This document shows, piece by piece, positions 25,001-35,806 of a DNA stretch of 64,000 nucleotides (position 1 is its first letter; each line of letters starts with the position of its first letter). Below the pieces are notes generated by a model. That model was not told the DNA's origin, ran no database searches, and saw nothing but the letters and a program-made list of their open reading frames with translations. The position numbers and the translations under genes are program-made. This DNA comes from Lytechinus pictus (taxonomy: Eukaryota): the NCBI RefSeq assembly GCF_037042905.1, contig NC_087248.1:22940001-23004000 (forward strand). Reading direction: 5' to 3'.

Positions 25001-28000
25001 TTTTATTGTTCCATATTCAAAACATAGAAATTTGCCCACCATTGTCAGTTCATACACAAGAATTATAAAGTATATAAATAAACACTAAAGACATGTTAAT
25101 TTGCTACACATTGAATATTTATATGTCTTCTGTATTTACTTATATTTTTATTGGATTTTGCTTTCATTCTCATTATTTTCAATGCACTCGTTTTATTTCA
25201 AATTTTTTTGCAAGAAAAATTCATGTTTTCCCTGGAAATCCATGTTCTTCTAGAATTATAGGATTTATCTTTATTTGATTCTCATGATTTTCATTGCATT
25301 TTTTGCATTTCAAATTGTGGAATTCCATATTCTTCCTGAATTTCACACGACTTATTTTGCTTTGATTCTCATTATTTTCACTGTAGTTTTCGAAATTCAT
25401 TGTTTTGCATGAAATATTGCTGTTTTCCCTGGAATTCTATATTTTTACCAAATTCTTGATACATGATTCTTACCTTCTTCTGTCACCTGTGGATACACCA
25501 ATGGTTGATCTGCTCCTTTAAAAAACTGAAGAAAAAGAAAATAAAAAATTTACACGTATCTAACATTCTATATTCATATTTCTTCCGCTCAGATTTGTGG
25601 TGAAATCAATACTTTTCATGTGCATAGTAGAATTCCAATGCTACAAACTAAATGTAAGGGATATAATAAAAATGATTTCTTTTGAAAACCAAATGTCACT
25701 CATTAGCACAAAATGCATTCCCTGGTTAAGCTAGTCTAGCGATTCTGGTGCTCATGGCTTTTAGAGGAATTACTTCCTGCCGCTACCCATTTACCTCACC
25801 TGGGTTGAGTTCAGCACATTGTGGATCAATATCTTGCTGAAAGACGTACACTCCATATCATTATTATCCCATTAGGCACAAAGCACTTACAATAAATTCA
25901 ATTAAAGTGTGTGCAATGATATGATCTTTTAAAACTTCAAACTACATAAGAAATGGGTTTTAATGTGCTTTCCATGATATACAAAGAATGAATGCTTATG
26001 GTGCAAATCGGTGAAAGATGAAATGAGTGATCATCTCATCTTCCACCTCATGAAGTATTTCTGTCCACTGCATTGAATGAAATGAACATTAATTATTTGC
26101 TTTATATGACACCTAAAAAATAGATCCTTGTCATTTGGCATTTATAACTTTGAATGCAAAAGTGCATTCAGTGTAAATTGTCGCATAGATACAACAAGTG
26201 GAATGCCTCTGGCCGTCTCACCTGCATCACGCGATTCAATATAGCAGCAGTGCTGATTTTGAAAACTACTATAACTCGCACAAGATGTTCAGTGATACTT
26301 GGTTACTCTTATTTCCACGTTTTATGAACTAGACCAATACACTTATAGAGATATGATGGCAATTCAACAAATACCCCCAACGTGGCCAAAGTTCTTTGAC
26401 CTTACATGACCTTTGACCTTGATCATGTGACCTGAAACTCGCACAGGATGTTCAGTGATACTTGATTACTATTATGTCCAAGTTTTATGAACTAGACCAA
26501 CACACATTCAAATTTATGGCTGTAATTCAACAAATACCCCAATTTGGCCAAAGTTCATTGACCCTAAATGACCTTTGACCTTGATCATGTGACCTGAAAC
26601 TTGCACAGGATGTTCAGTAATACTTGATTACTATTATGTCCAAGTTTCATGAATCAGATCCATAAACTTTCAAAGTTATGATGGTAATTCAACAGATACC
26701 CCCAATTCGGCCAAAGTTCATTGACCCTAAATGACCTTTGACCTTGGTCATGTGACGTGAAACTCATGCAGGATGTTCAGTGATACTTGATTAACCTTAT
26801 GTATAAGTTTCATGAACTAGGTCCATATATTTTCTAAGTTATGATGACATTTCAAAAACTTAACCTTAGGTTAAGATTTTGATGTTGATTCCCCCAACAT
26901 GGTCTAAGTTCATTGACCCTAAATGACCTTTGACCTTGGTCATGTGACATGAAACTCAGGCAGGATGTTCAGTAATACTTGATTAACCTTATGGCCAAGT
27001 TTCATGAACTAGGTCCATATACTTTCTAAGTTATGCTGTCATTTCAAAAACTTAACCTCAGGTTAAGATTTGGTGTTGACGCCGCCGTCGCCGCCGCCGC
27101 CGCCGCCGCCGTCGCCGTCGGAAAAGCGGCGCCTATAGTCTCACTCTGCTATGCAGGTGAGACAAAAACGCGCACTGTAAACATGAGTGTGTTCTTACGG
27201 GTACTACCCATGGTCTTGGCGTGCATGCAATGGACAAAATCGTATGGATCCAAAATTGCACAATGAATGGATCCAAAATTGCATGGTTGATGACGTCATT
27301 GTAAGATGGGCTGAATGATGGACGTCAAACAACCAATCAAATGGCAAGGATCTATCTAGGTGTCACATATATTAAGTTAATCTTCACAGCACCTGAAAGG
27401 CATAAAGAAGAACTTACCACCACAAGGTTTGACATGATGCTTACTACCTCATGCATTGAAGGCCTCATTTTAGCTTCGGAAGACCAACACCTGAAATAAC
27501 CAACAAATACAATATATAAGGCCCGTTTTTCAAACTTTGCTCATTCTCCTGAAGACGACAAGAACACACTTGTCGAAACGTCGAGTTTGGGTGGTCCTTT
27601 TTAGGACCAACATTTGCCCAAGAGAGATACATGGTGTCCCTTGAAACCTACTTCACTAACCAACAAATAGTCTATGATAATGCACTGTGATTGGTCAGAT
27701 TGGCATCATGTGACCTGCAATAGTTTCTTATACAAGATGAGAACCTATCCTAGAACTAACAATGATATGGTACCTCACTTGGTTAGGTAAGTACTTGGCA
27801 TGCAATAGTACACAAATAATACACATTTATGAGTGAGTTGTGGCGATGTCCATTAACATGTCCATTTATATTTATATGACTAGGGGGCCGTTTCATTAAG
27901 CTGTTCGTAAGTTAAGAGTGACTTTAAGAACGACTGGTGAACCTTTCTTCCGCGCTAAATCATCCCCAATGAATATACTGTTTACCACAAGAAAGGATCA

Positions 28001-31000
28001 CCAGTCGTTCTTAAAGTCGCTCTTAACTTACAAACAACTGTATGAAACACCCAGCAGGGGGCCATTTCATTAAGCTGTTCATAAATTAAGAGTGACTTTC
28101 ACAACGACTGGAGATCCTTTCTTGTGGTAAATGATATTTACCATTAAATGTTCATTGATTATTTAGTATGTGAGAAAGGTTCACCAGTCGTCTTAAAGTT
28201 GCTCGTAACTTACAAACAGCTTTATCATACACCCACCAGAAATAACCTTTGAGCTTGGCCCACTTAACTGGAACATGCTCAAAGTTAATTTCAATACTCA
28301 ATTGACCTGTGACACTGATTAAGTATGTGACCTCAAACTCATGACAAATGATCAGTGATACTTGATTACTCTTAAGTCCAAAATTAAAGAAATACAATCT
28401 AATAGGCCTACTTTCTAAGTTATGGTGACATTGATTTCCAAAAGTTTATCTTGGTTAAGATTTGGTGTCGACGATGCAGCCCCCGCCGTCGGAAAAAAAA
28501 AACGGCGCCTATGTCTCCCTTCTGTTATGCAGGTGAGACAAAATTAACCTTAGGTTAAAATTGCTGGCTGATGGATCCATGTTACATTTGTTTCCCCAAA
28601 TTAATTGTTGCCAGTTTCAGTTGTATACTTTAATTCATATGTTTCTTTTTATATTCTTATACTGACCTGGATGGAGGTAAAGGGGTGTGGGAAGGAAGAC
28701 CTGTGGGTCATGGTAATTTAGTTAACCTTTTCCAAACCCAGGCAGCCCCTTCATCTCTATTCCAGGTCCTTTGTATTATGTCACATATATATCCTATTAA
28801 TATGTAATTTGTATTGTACTATAATTCATGTATTTTGAAATTCCGAATAAATAATAATAATAAAATTTTGATGACACCATTGGTTGTGCCACTGCTGCAG
28901 CCACCATCGGGGAAGTGGCACCTACATGTATGCCTTTCTTTTGCTATGCAGCGAGACAAAAATCGTACTAATTGAAATCATATACTCACCTAGTCATTAA
29001 TTTTTCTAAAGGTTTTGGTATATTTCGTATTAACGGTGGTCTACGACCTGAAAAGGGAAAAGGAAACATTGATAAAATATCATTATATTTACTTATATTG
29101 AGGATATTACAGTAAACGCAAGTTGACTCATTTGCATCAGATATTGGACATTCATTCAAATTTGTATATTTGAAGATCTTGACCAAAGTTTGGACAGAGA
29201 AATAATAATAATCAAGGTAAATTCTCTAAAATATTTTGCAAAATTACCATGCATAAAACTTCTACACCCTGATCATATTTCACAATTATGTTTATTGTTT
29301 TTAACAGACGTGCATCAATCACATATGATTATTCTCTCTGGGGGCCAAACTTCAACACCACCTTCCAAATGACACGACTCAGGATTTGTGTCATCACGGC
29401 GAGTTACGTTGTCTTGCCAAGTCGACTAATAAAAAGTTGTATGTAAAACGGTGAGATATATGGTCAATGTAAGACTTCCGTACTTTAATACGGCCTACAT
29501 GATACAGAATGATGGCCCTCCTGGATCATTAAATGGTTTAGGTAAAACGGTTTATGTAAATGGCAAGATATGTGGTCGACGTAAAGCTTCCGTACTTACC
29601 ATTATGTACGGCCCACATTATACGGAACGCCGGCCCTCCTATATCATCGAATGGTTTACGTCTCGATATAACCTCCCATAAGATCACGCCCCAGCTGAAG
29701 ATATCACACTTCTCACTGTAAGCGCTTCCTGCAAAAAAAAAAAAATCGAAATATACTATCAGGATCATGTATATCTTAGTAAAATTTTTGTACATTTCAC
29801 AATCCTTGTGCACAAGTTGTGCCCTTATTATGGCGTAACTCCTTCACATTATTCCTGATGTGGAGAGCGTTTCATCTTGATTTTCGCTGAATAATTTGTT
29901 TCCAGCCGATCACCTGTGAGAATTTCAGTAGCTTATAACGGCAAATTGCTTCCTGGTTGACTACAGTGTACTGATCAACCTGCATCGATCACTGTGTTCT
30001 TCTTCGATTCCAAGTGATTACAACCCAACGTAAGCAGTACAATTTTCCTACGATTTCACTGCTAGTCCTTATTAATCCCCATTCATCCCTGTGTTTTGAG
30101 ATTAATAGCTCAGTTTAATATTTCTTTTATTTATAATTCTCAATCCAACTGGCGTAAATCTTTGCGTCACACCCAGTGTTCCATCCCTTCCACTTGAATA
30201 GCATGACGTCACAGATTTACGCCCGTGCTCAATCCTAATGTGTTATGGGGACCAGGATAATACATGTCATTATGGTGTTGGAGTCAGTAAATGGAAGGAA
30301 TTAGGTATATTTCAAAAATTGTTAATATTCATGAGGGGGGGGGGGGGGGTTCACAAAGAATTGAGTGTGAGTTAGAGTCATGCTTAAATTCTGTTGCGCA
30401 CAGTAAGTAACATGGAATTTGATTCATTAATCTGCAGGAGCGTGCGTCCCCTTCGCATGATATGACCAATGCCATGGTGCCGTTTATACCGCTGAAATCA
30501 CATCTATTGGCACAGTCACATTTCGCCTCAGATAGCCGTACAACGAGTAAAAAACAGTCAATTTTATCATTCTTGTACCAGCTTCCCGTATGTGGTTCGT
30601 ATAGAAATCTGTATGGACACCGTAGGGGAAATGTGACTGCAGCATAATCTTTGTGAAACACCCCCCATGGTCCACAAGCAGCTGGTCCAATTCTCAGATA
30701 GTCTAATACCACATGGGCTAAACTCATTTGTTCCACTATCAGTTTGGTCTAATTGCCATTTGGTCTAAATTTCCACTTAGTCTAAATACTTAATATTCTA
30801 TATTTATTTCCAAGTAGAAATCTGACAGAAATTAACAGCCCATCTGACCATATTGACTGAATGGTGTGAGACCAAGTTGATATTAGATGAAACAGACAGA
30901 TATAGCTTGACGTGAATCGGACCAAATGATGAATGGGCTAAACAGCAATCAGACAAGTTTTACCATCAGCCTATCGGATATAAGGATTTCAGTAGCTTTT

Positions 31001-34000
31001 AACTGTTATTGCAAATTTGTTATCACAACAAGTTTTATGAAACGGGCCCCAGGTGTAGACCAATCAGCAATTCACTGCAAATATTGACCATAATACTTGC
31101 TCCAGCAGACAAACTCCAACACTGGCCTTCTCCATGAACTACAGTACAAAAAATATGGTACATAATATTTTTTACAAGGTCAAAACTGTTGTCAGCATGA
31201 TTTCAACTTCATTTCAATTTGATTTCATTTATCTCATTTGAAATGAATATGAGATGCTGTTGAAACCATGCTGAAAACATGCTTCAGTTTTGCCTATAAC
31301 TATAAACAAAGAGAAATATTTGCCCTTTGAACTTTGACCTGACCTTCAAAAACTTCAGGTGCCATCCATGCTGCGCTGCCTTTGTTATTCGTCATGTAGG
31401 TATGGAAATCGCATGCTGTTCCAAAATCACAGATCTTCAGCACCGTCCCGCCAGACATCAACAGCAAACTAGATAGAGAGGATATAAAGAATTAATGGTA
31501 ATGATTAACGTTGATTTGAATTTAAAACATATTAGCTGTAAGGTCTAAACTGTTACCTGTTTCTGTGATAAGCCCTGAAAAAAACTGAATCTGAAAAATA
31601 ATCATTATTTATCAGACTATCATCAGACCATGGTGTAAATTAAACCAGAGTTTAGAATATGGGCCAAAGTGTCTAGTTGACGACTGGTTGAACAACTCAA
31701 GGGACATGGTGGCTCGGTGGTAGAGCGCCCACCTCATGAACAGGAGGTCGTGAGTTCGATCCCTGGCCTACATTTAGTCTTGCCAAAGACTTTAAAAATG
31801 GGACCTTATGCCTTCTTGTCAGGCGCTCGACGTATGAGAATGGAGAAGGGTAATAATAACAATAATTATGCAGGGCCAGCTGGAAGAACAGCTTACAACT
31901 GAGAGTGGCTACCCTGGGTAAATTATTATCATTATTATTATTATTGACACTTTACTTACTTTGCTGGTTTTAAATCCCTGTGTATTAACTTCTTTGGCGT
32001 CATACAGTGAAGGTAGTCGACCCCCTTGGCACACTGCAAGGCCCAGCTCATGGCGTGGGCAGCCTTGTAGATGGGCTGCGGCTGGCTGCTGTGAAGGACA
32101 TTGTACAGCGACCCGCCCTCGGCATACTCCATCACCAGGCAGACGGGGCGGGTGGTGCACGCCCCGTAGAGCTTGACGATGTTTGGATGGTCCACTCGGG
32201 AAAGCTGCCTGACCTGAAATTTAGATTTTTTTTCAGTGAGATGTGCATCATCATTATTGCCATTATTCGGCATCAACATTATAAATATTGTCTTCTTCAT
32301 CCTAAAATCGTATGTTCTCAACTTTTTTTTTTGCATCAGCAGCAGCATTATCATCATCATCAACATCACCGTTATCATCACCACCATCACAACCATCATC
32401 ATCATCCTTATCACCATCATCAGCATCATCATCATCATCATAACCATTAGTCAATTACCATTTTCATCATCATCATTACCATCATCATCACCATCATCAT
32501 CACCATTATCATCATCATCACCACCACCATCATAAAAAACAGTGGCATATTGAGCCAAATATTTTAAGGTGGCAGAAAATTTGTTTAATAAGTTGCAAGT
32601 GAGGAACAAAAAAAATTACAGCATTTTTAATACGAGTAGCTAATTTTGTTAGACTTTGACAATATATTTCACCTATTTCCTGTCCTTTTTTCCCTAGTTT
32701 ATATCTTGGTCATGGAACTGTTTTGGGGGCCTTCAAAAAGTAAAAAGATATACGACTTACCTCGACTCTGAAGGCTTTGATCTCCTCTTCTGATTCGATC
32801 ATCTTGACAGCCACATTCATAGATCGCCATTTTGCTTTACTTACTACTCCAAACGCTCCTTTGCCTACGACCTACATGTACAAAACAAAGTCCAATTATA
32901 TATAATGAATGCTCGACCTAACAAATTTCATTTAGAGACAGTGATATGGAAATGAGAAAGACAATGATGTTCCCACTCACTATTTCTTTTGTATTTTTTA
33001 TTGTCTGAATTATTCCATATTTCATTTTTTACAGGTTCGACAATAAGTACCAACTTCACTGACCCATAAAACCTTAAAACAATGGTAAATTCACATGTTC
33101 AAGGATGAATAAAACTTTCTTTCACAGGACAATGGGGAGAAAATTAGAATAGGGGTCTAGAAAAATATACCATATTTCATTATAATAAAATACAAAAGAA
33201 ATAGCGAGTGGATGATGACATCAGTCTCCTCATTTGCATACCGTCCAGGATGTGCCTATAATAAACTGTTTTGTGAAATTAAAGTGATCATTTCACTTTG
33301 TTCCGATTTGAAAAATTATCCTTTTGGTTCCTGAAAATGGGCTAGACATGAGGCTTATAGTGTAAAAATACTAACCCAAAAGTTTCAAAGTATTATATTT
33401 ACAGGATCAATTTTAAAACCTTGGAGATGTAAACCAAAGTTTGAAATAATTGGGAGTTGGTTTCAATGACTATGTGTATACAGGGAATCTGTGCACAACA
33501 CATTAATTCTAGATGAACACAGCATGACCTACATACAGTGTGTACAAGGTATACACTGAATGTACAGTGCAGCTAATAGTGTGTGTATAGGAGATACACA
33601 CAACAGAAGGCAGTCAAAATAGCCAACGGACTTTTTGAATTGGAGAAAACTGGTCATAAGCTGAACCCGTCTACTAGACGGTTCTCAAAATCAGGCTAAT
33701 AAATTGCTACTTGTATCTAAATTAGAGTTTTTCATCCTATATTGTGGTCTGTTTCAGGGTTTTTGAGGACAAATAATGGCACTCATACGCACGTTTCAAC
33801 TCAGTTTGAGAATTTTTTAAATCAGCTGCTCACAAAGTTAAACGATCCCTTTAAGCGAAACTTTAAAATGTCATAACTTTCTTATTTTACATCCAATTTT
33901 GATGAAATTCTCAGTGTTATGTCTTATGCTTGCACTTGTTCATTATTTAAGTTGTATGTTTGAATTTTCTCTTTTAATTTTATCAAAATAATCTGTTGGG

Positions 34001-34852
34001 GTGGACTTGTCTTATATAACAATACAAACTGTTACCCCCAACATTTCTTGAACCCATCCAGGACCATTATTTAACTTTAATAGCTGGGAGCTCAGCATTA
34101 AAAAACTTTGAGTAATAGCCTAATAGGCAATATCTATTCCCTGCTTCTGCATCATATAGTGAGTGATTGTATTACCGACCGGCCTTGTATTACCGAACGC
34201 GCGCATCATATGCGTCAGAAAATAATCAAATACGCTCAAACCTTTACAACATCCTTCAAAAGGGAACTTGAATAGAAAAATGATGGAAAATGATCAAAAA
34301 CACAATTTCGAAGTCTTTATATCCTCAAAACAATAATATATGGTCAAAATAGCTCATCAGTGACTTTGTTGTTTTCCCAACTTTTCCCATAGAAAACACA
34401 CGTTCGGTAATACGATACCTTTTTCAAGTGACCAAAATATTTCACTTGCGGAGCCGGAGAGAGGTCCGATTGGAAGCTGATGTCGTAAAAATGAAAAACA
34501 ATTTCGGCAAAATTTCTGCATATTTATATCTTGTAGGTATTTGTGTATTTATGGTGAAAGTTTGGTGAATTTTATTGGAATAATGTGTTTGATATGATCA
34601 AATTCATGAAGTGTTCGGTAATACGATCCACTACCATACATGTACACCGCACAAATACACAACACAGCACAAATAAAAACGTACCGGACTACATGTAAAC
34701 TTTACAATGCACTCCACTGCAATGCAGTCTGTCTGGTGTCCCCACCCAACACACAAAAAAAACAATTAATGCAAAGGTCTTACCCTCTCAAATTCTAAAT
34801 CGTTGAAATCAACTTCCTCCTTGAAGCTCATCTGGGATTCCAGGCGCGCCAT
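12917..34852 (-). CDS. MAP3K7: MAP3K7/TAK1, TGF-beta-activated kinase 1; whole gene, 16 coding exons, ~703 aa
   Basis: Spliced exons give [64 protein letters not shown] and the C-terminal TAB2/3-binding coiled coil ([15 protein letters not shown]). All introns are GT-AG and phase-consistent; total 2112 nt. Confidence 0.95.
13071..13607. mobile_element. Kolobok-like non-autonomous element (ttaaaggtcaagtccacc...), 3' truncated
   Basis: TTAA followed by an AGG terminus. Family copies at 16992-17582, 32930-34012, 36553-36705 and 51736-52210. Confidence 0.75.
14216..14309 (-). CDS. MAP3K7: TAK1 exon 15 ([31 protein letters not shown])
   Basis: Resembles QELVAELDQDEKDQQ; cag/gtaaca. Confidence 0.9.
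14320..14735. repeat. Polypurine (GA-rich) low-complexity tract
   Basis: Seen directly; forms a ~400-nt pyrimidine tract before TAK1 exon 15 on the minus strand. Confidence 0.9.
15250..15305 (-). CDS. MAP3K7: TAK1 exon 14 ([18 protein letters not shown])
   Basis: Resembles MAQEYMKVQTEIALLLQRK; tag/gtaagt. Confidence 0.93.
15719..15778 (-). CDS. MAP3K7: TAK1 exon 13 ([20 protein letters not shown])
   Basis: Resembles [20 protein letters not shown]; cag/gtaaga. Confidence 0.92.
15866..16062 (-). mobile_element. SINE fragment with Nin/Deu-like domain
   Basis: ccctactcttattcgaatagtgcagtgggttcttaacgtgca resembles the conserved Nin/DeuSINE central domain (recognised by eye). Confidence 0.55.
16127..16440 (-). 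mobile_element. L2-like LINE 3' remnant
   Basis: Minus strand encodes degenerate [13 protein letters not shown]...[16 protein letters not shown], followed by a (TTA)n tail. Confidence 0.7.
16517..16569 (-). CDS. MAP3K7: TAK1 exon 12 ([17 protein letters not shown])
   Basis: Resembles vertebrate MAYLTLDHQLQ; tag/gtaatt. Confidence 0.9.
16992..17582. mobile_element. Kolobok-like non-autonomous element, full length
   Basis: Long TIRs aggacaagtccac...gtggacttgtcctttaa. Confidence 0.8.
18242..19346. mobile_element. Cluster of Harbinger-like GGGCCC-ended MITEs
   Basis: Copies of ggggcccgtcttaca...tgtaagacgggcccc at 18242-18511, 18813-19081 and 19075-19346, plus related 18644-18792. Further copies at 47343-47603 and 55267-55548. 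Confidence 0.8.
19714..20020. repeat. Tandem array of ~75-81-bp TTAA-bounded piggyBac-like mini-elements
   Basis: Units ttaaccc.ttgcctac...cagtagccaaca.gttaa share TTAA at 19714, 19789, 19865 and 19946. Confidence 0.65.
20115..20720 (-). CDS. MAP3K7: TAK1 exon 11, 606-nt Pro/Thr/His-rich exon
   Basis: Acceptor cttacag. Reads [17 protein letters not shown]...PTPPHTTT...[15 protein letters not shown] in the frame of ORF 20071-20559. The donor gtacgc is weak, so that boundary is less certain. Confidence 0.75.
23984..24101 (-). CDS. MAP3K7: TAK1 exon 10 ([39 protein letters not shown])
   Basis: tag/gtaagt; phases 0/1. KRHSMD resembles vertebrate KRMSAD. Confidence 0.8.
24226..24378. mobile_element. 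Hairpin MITE carrying CCAAT and X-box-like motifs
   Basis: ggggccc.tttcataaagagttacaac / gttgtaactctttatgaaacgggcccc. Relative at 9603-9760. Confidence 0.75.
24773..24933 (-). CDS. MAP3K7: TAK1 exon 9 (Ser-rich linker [11 protein letters not shown]...QDPQK)
   Basis: GC-elevated open frame; phases 1/0 fit neighbouring exons; cag/gtaaga. Confidence 0.8.
25474..25525 (-). CDS. MAP3K7: TAK1 exon 8 ([17 protein letters not shown])
   Basis: Resembles vertebrate YFPGADEPLQYP; cag/gtaaga. Confidence 0.9.
26194..27168 (+). mobile_element. Helentron/DINE-1-like non-autonomous element with internal ~162-190-bp tandem repeats
   Basis: Subterminal IRs gtctcacctgcat / atgcaggtgagac, about 5 tandem units containing gacctttgaccttg, a (GCC)n microsatellite, a 3' hairpin and an A-run. 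Confidence 0.75.
27418..27490 (-). CDS. MAP3K7: TAK1 exon 7 ([24 protein letters not shown])
   Basis: Subdomain XI CW....RPSM; cag/gtaagt. Confidence 0.93.
27510..27656 (+). mobile_element. 147-bp Penelope-like retroelement fragment with 13-bp TSD
   Basis: Flanked by taaccaacaaata at 27497-27509 and 27657-27669; contains a hammerhead motif. Confidence 0.7.
27546..27585 (+). ncRNA. Minimal type I hammerhead ribozyme motif
   Basis: CTC-CTGAAGA-C-GACAAG-aacaca-CTTGTC-GAAA-C-GTC-GAG: core boxes, a 6-bp stem II, a palindromic ACGT stem III, a GUC cleavage triplet and stem I CTC/GAG. Confidence 0.7.
28990..29047 (-). CDS. MAP3K7: TAK1 exon 6 ([18 protein letters not shown])
   Basis: RPPLI.N.PKP.E.LMT motif; cag/gtgagt. 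Confidence 0.93.
29600..29728 (-). CDS. MAP3K7: TAK1 exon 5 ([42 protein letters not shown])
   Basis: Subdomains IX-X; cag/gtaagt. Confidence 0.96.
31344..31468 (-). CDS. MAP3K7: TAK1 exon 4 ([41 protein letters not shown])
   Basis: TAK1-diagnostic activation loop. Confidence 0.97.
31702..31945 (+). mobile_element. tRNA-derived SINE
   Basis: A box tggctcggtggtagagcg, B box gagttcgatccc and an (ATT)n tail. Confidence 0.8.
31960..32213 (-). CDS. MAP3K7: TAK1 exon 3 ([19 protein letters not shown]...HRDLKPA)
   Basis: Kinase subdomains III-VIb; cag/gtaagt. Confidence 0.96.
32340..32533. repeat. (CAT/CAC)n microsatellite
   Basis: Seen directly; source of the spurious poly-M/poly-H ORFs. Confidence 0.95.
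32761..32871 (-). CDS. MAP3K7: TAK1 exon 2 ([37 protein letters not shown])
   Basis: Gly-rich loop and catalytic Lys; tag/gtaagt boundaries. Confidence 0.95.
33279..33854. mobile_element. TTAA-flanked element nested in a Kolobok-like element
   Basis: ttaaagtgatca...cgatccctttaa interrupts the host motif gtgaaattaag(c/t)gaaactttaaaatg, which is intact near 13535. Confidence 0.75.
34158..34634. mobile_element. Non-autonomous DNA element in TAK1 intron 1
   Basis: Inverted ends gattgtattaccga / tcggtaatacgatc. Confidence 0.55.
34784..34852 (-). CDS. MAP3K7: TAK1 exon 1 ([23 protein letters not shown])
   Basis: aaaATGG start and gtaaga donor. Resembles the F(K)EE(I/V)D(Y/F) segment preceding the TAK1 kinase domain. 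Confidence 0.88.
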
Positions 34853-34940
34853 TTTTGTTAAATGCTACTTTATTCTGGAGAAATAAAAGGTTTCATCCCG
34901 ATACGACATCTGTTTCGCCGCACCGAGATAATTCACAAAA

Positions 34941-34951
34941 GGGAATTCCCC
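34941..34951. promoter_or_regulatory. NF-kB (kappaB) site GGGAATTCCC(C)
   Basis: Perfect palindromic match to GGGRNWYYCC, ~90 bp upstream of the TAK1 ATG. Confidence 0.55.
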
Positions 34952-35650
34952 ATTTGAAGGGCGCTGGTGCGCTGGCGATCAATCGACAATCAATGTCAAT
35001 GATTTACAATAATGTTACGGATCAGTTTGATCTAAAATACAACTTAAAAAGCCAAAAATATTTGCAACATTTTACCTTCCTTTGAGACCCCCCCCCCCCA
35101 AATAAAAAAAAATGAATTGAAAATGCATCACAAAACTCTATTCTATTGATTTCTTTTTAATTACGAACTACAAATTTGTTTGAATTTTTTTTCACTCAGA
35201 CCCCCCGCCCCTTCCTCCCCGGCTTCCTCCAAAGTCCAAACAAACACCAAATATTCTCGTTAACACAACGCAAGACAAAAAAGACCAATCTTCTCGGGCT
35301 TCAGTGGAACAAAACACGAAACAATCAAACAAATAACTAGACAAAAAAATGCAATCTGTCAAATTATTTTCGGTGCAAAATACGGATCTCTGAGTTCTCT
35401 CTCTTTAAATAGTGCGTAATAATAACATTAAAAAAGTAGTTTCAGTAGTTTCAGTAGAGAAATCTTATCCATACAGCCCTAACCTCGAATCTCCAACGTA
35501 CGTTTCTACCAATCAGCAGGCTCCTCCTCCTCTCTCCAGCCCACCCCCCCCCCCCCCTCGGCCCCTCTCCCACTCCTCTTTTTTTCCTCTTCAGTTCTCC
35601 CCCTCCCACCTTCTCTTCGATCTTCGCTTTCCATGATTCGGGCTTCCTGT

Positions 35651-35806
35651 NNNNNNNNNNNNNNNNNNNNNNNNNNNNNNNNNNNNNNNNNNNNNNNNNN
35701 NNNNNNNNNNNNNNNNNNNNNNNNNNNNNNNNNNNNNNNNNNNNNNNNNNNNNNNNNNNNNNNNNNNNNNNNNNNNNNNNNNNNNNNNNNNNNNNNNNNN
35801 NNNNNN
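35651..35806. other. Assembly gap
   Basis: Run of N. Confidence 1.

Noticed and set aside
31702-31770. tRNA gene
   Set aside because: No proper acceptor stem and it continues into a SINE body and tail; the same applies to 49265.
32214-32535. Poly-Met/His/Ile ORF extensions
   Set aside because: (CAT)n microsatellite in an intron.
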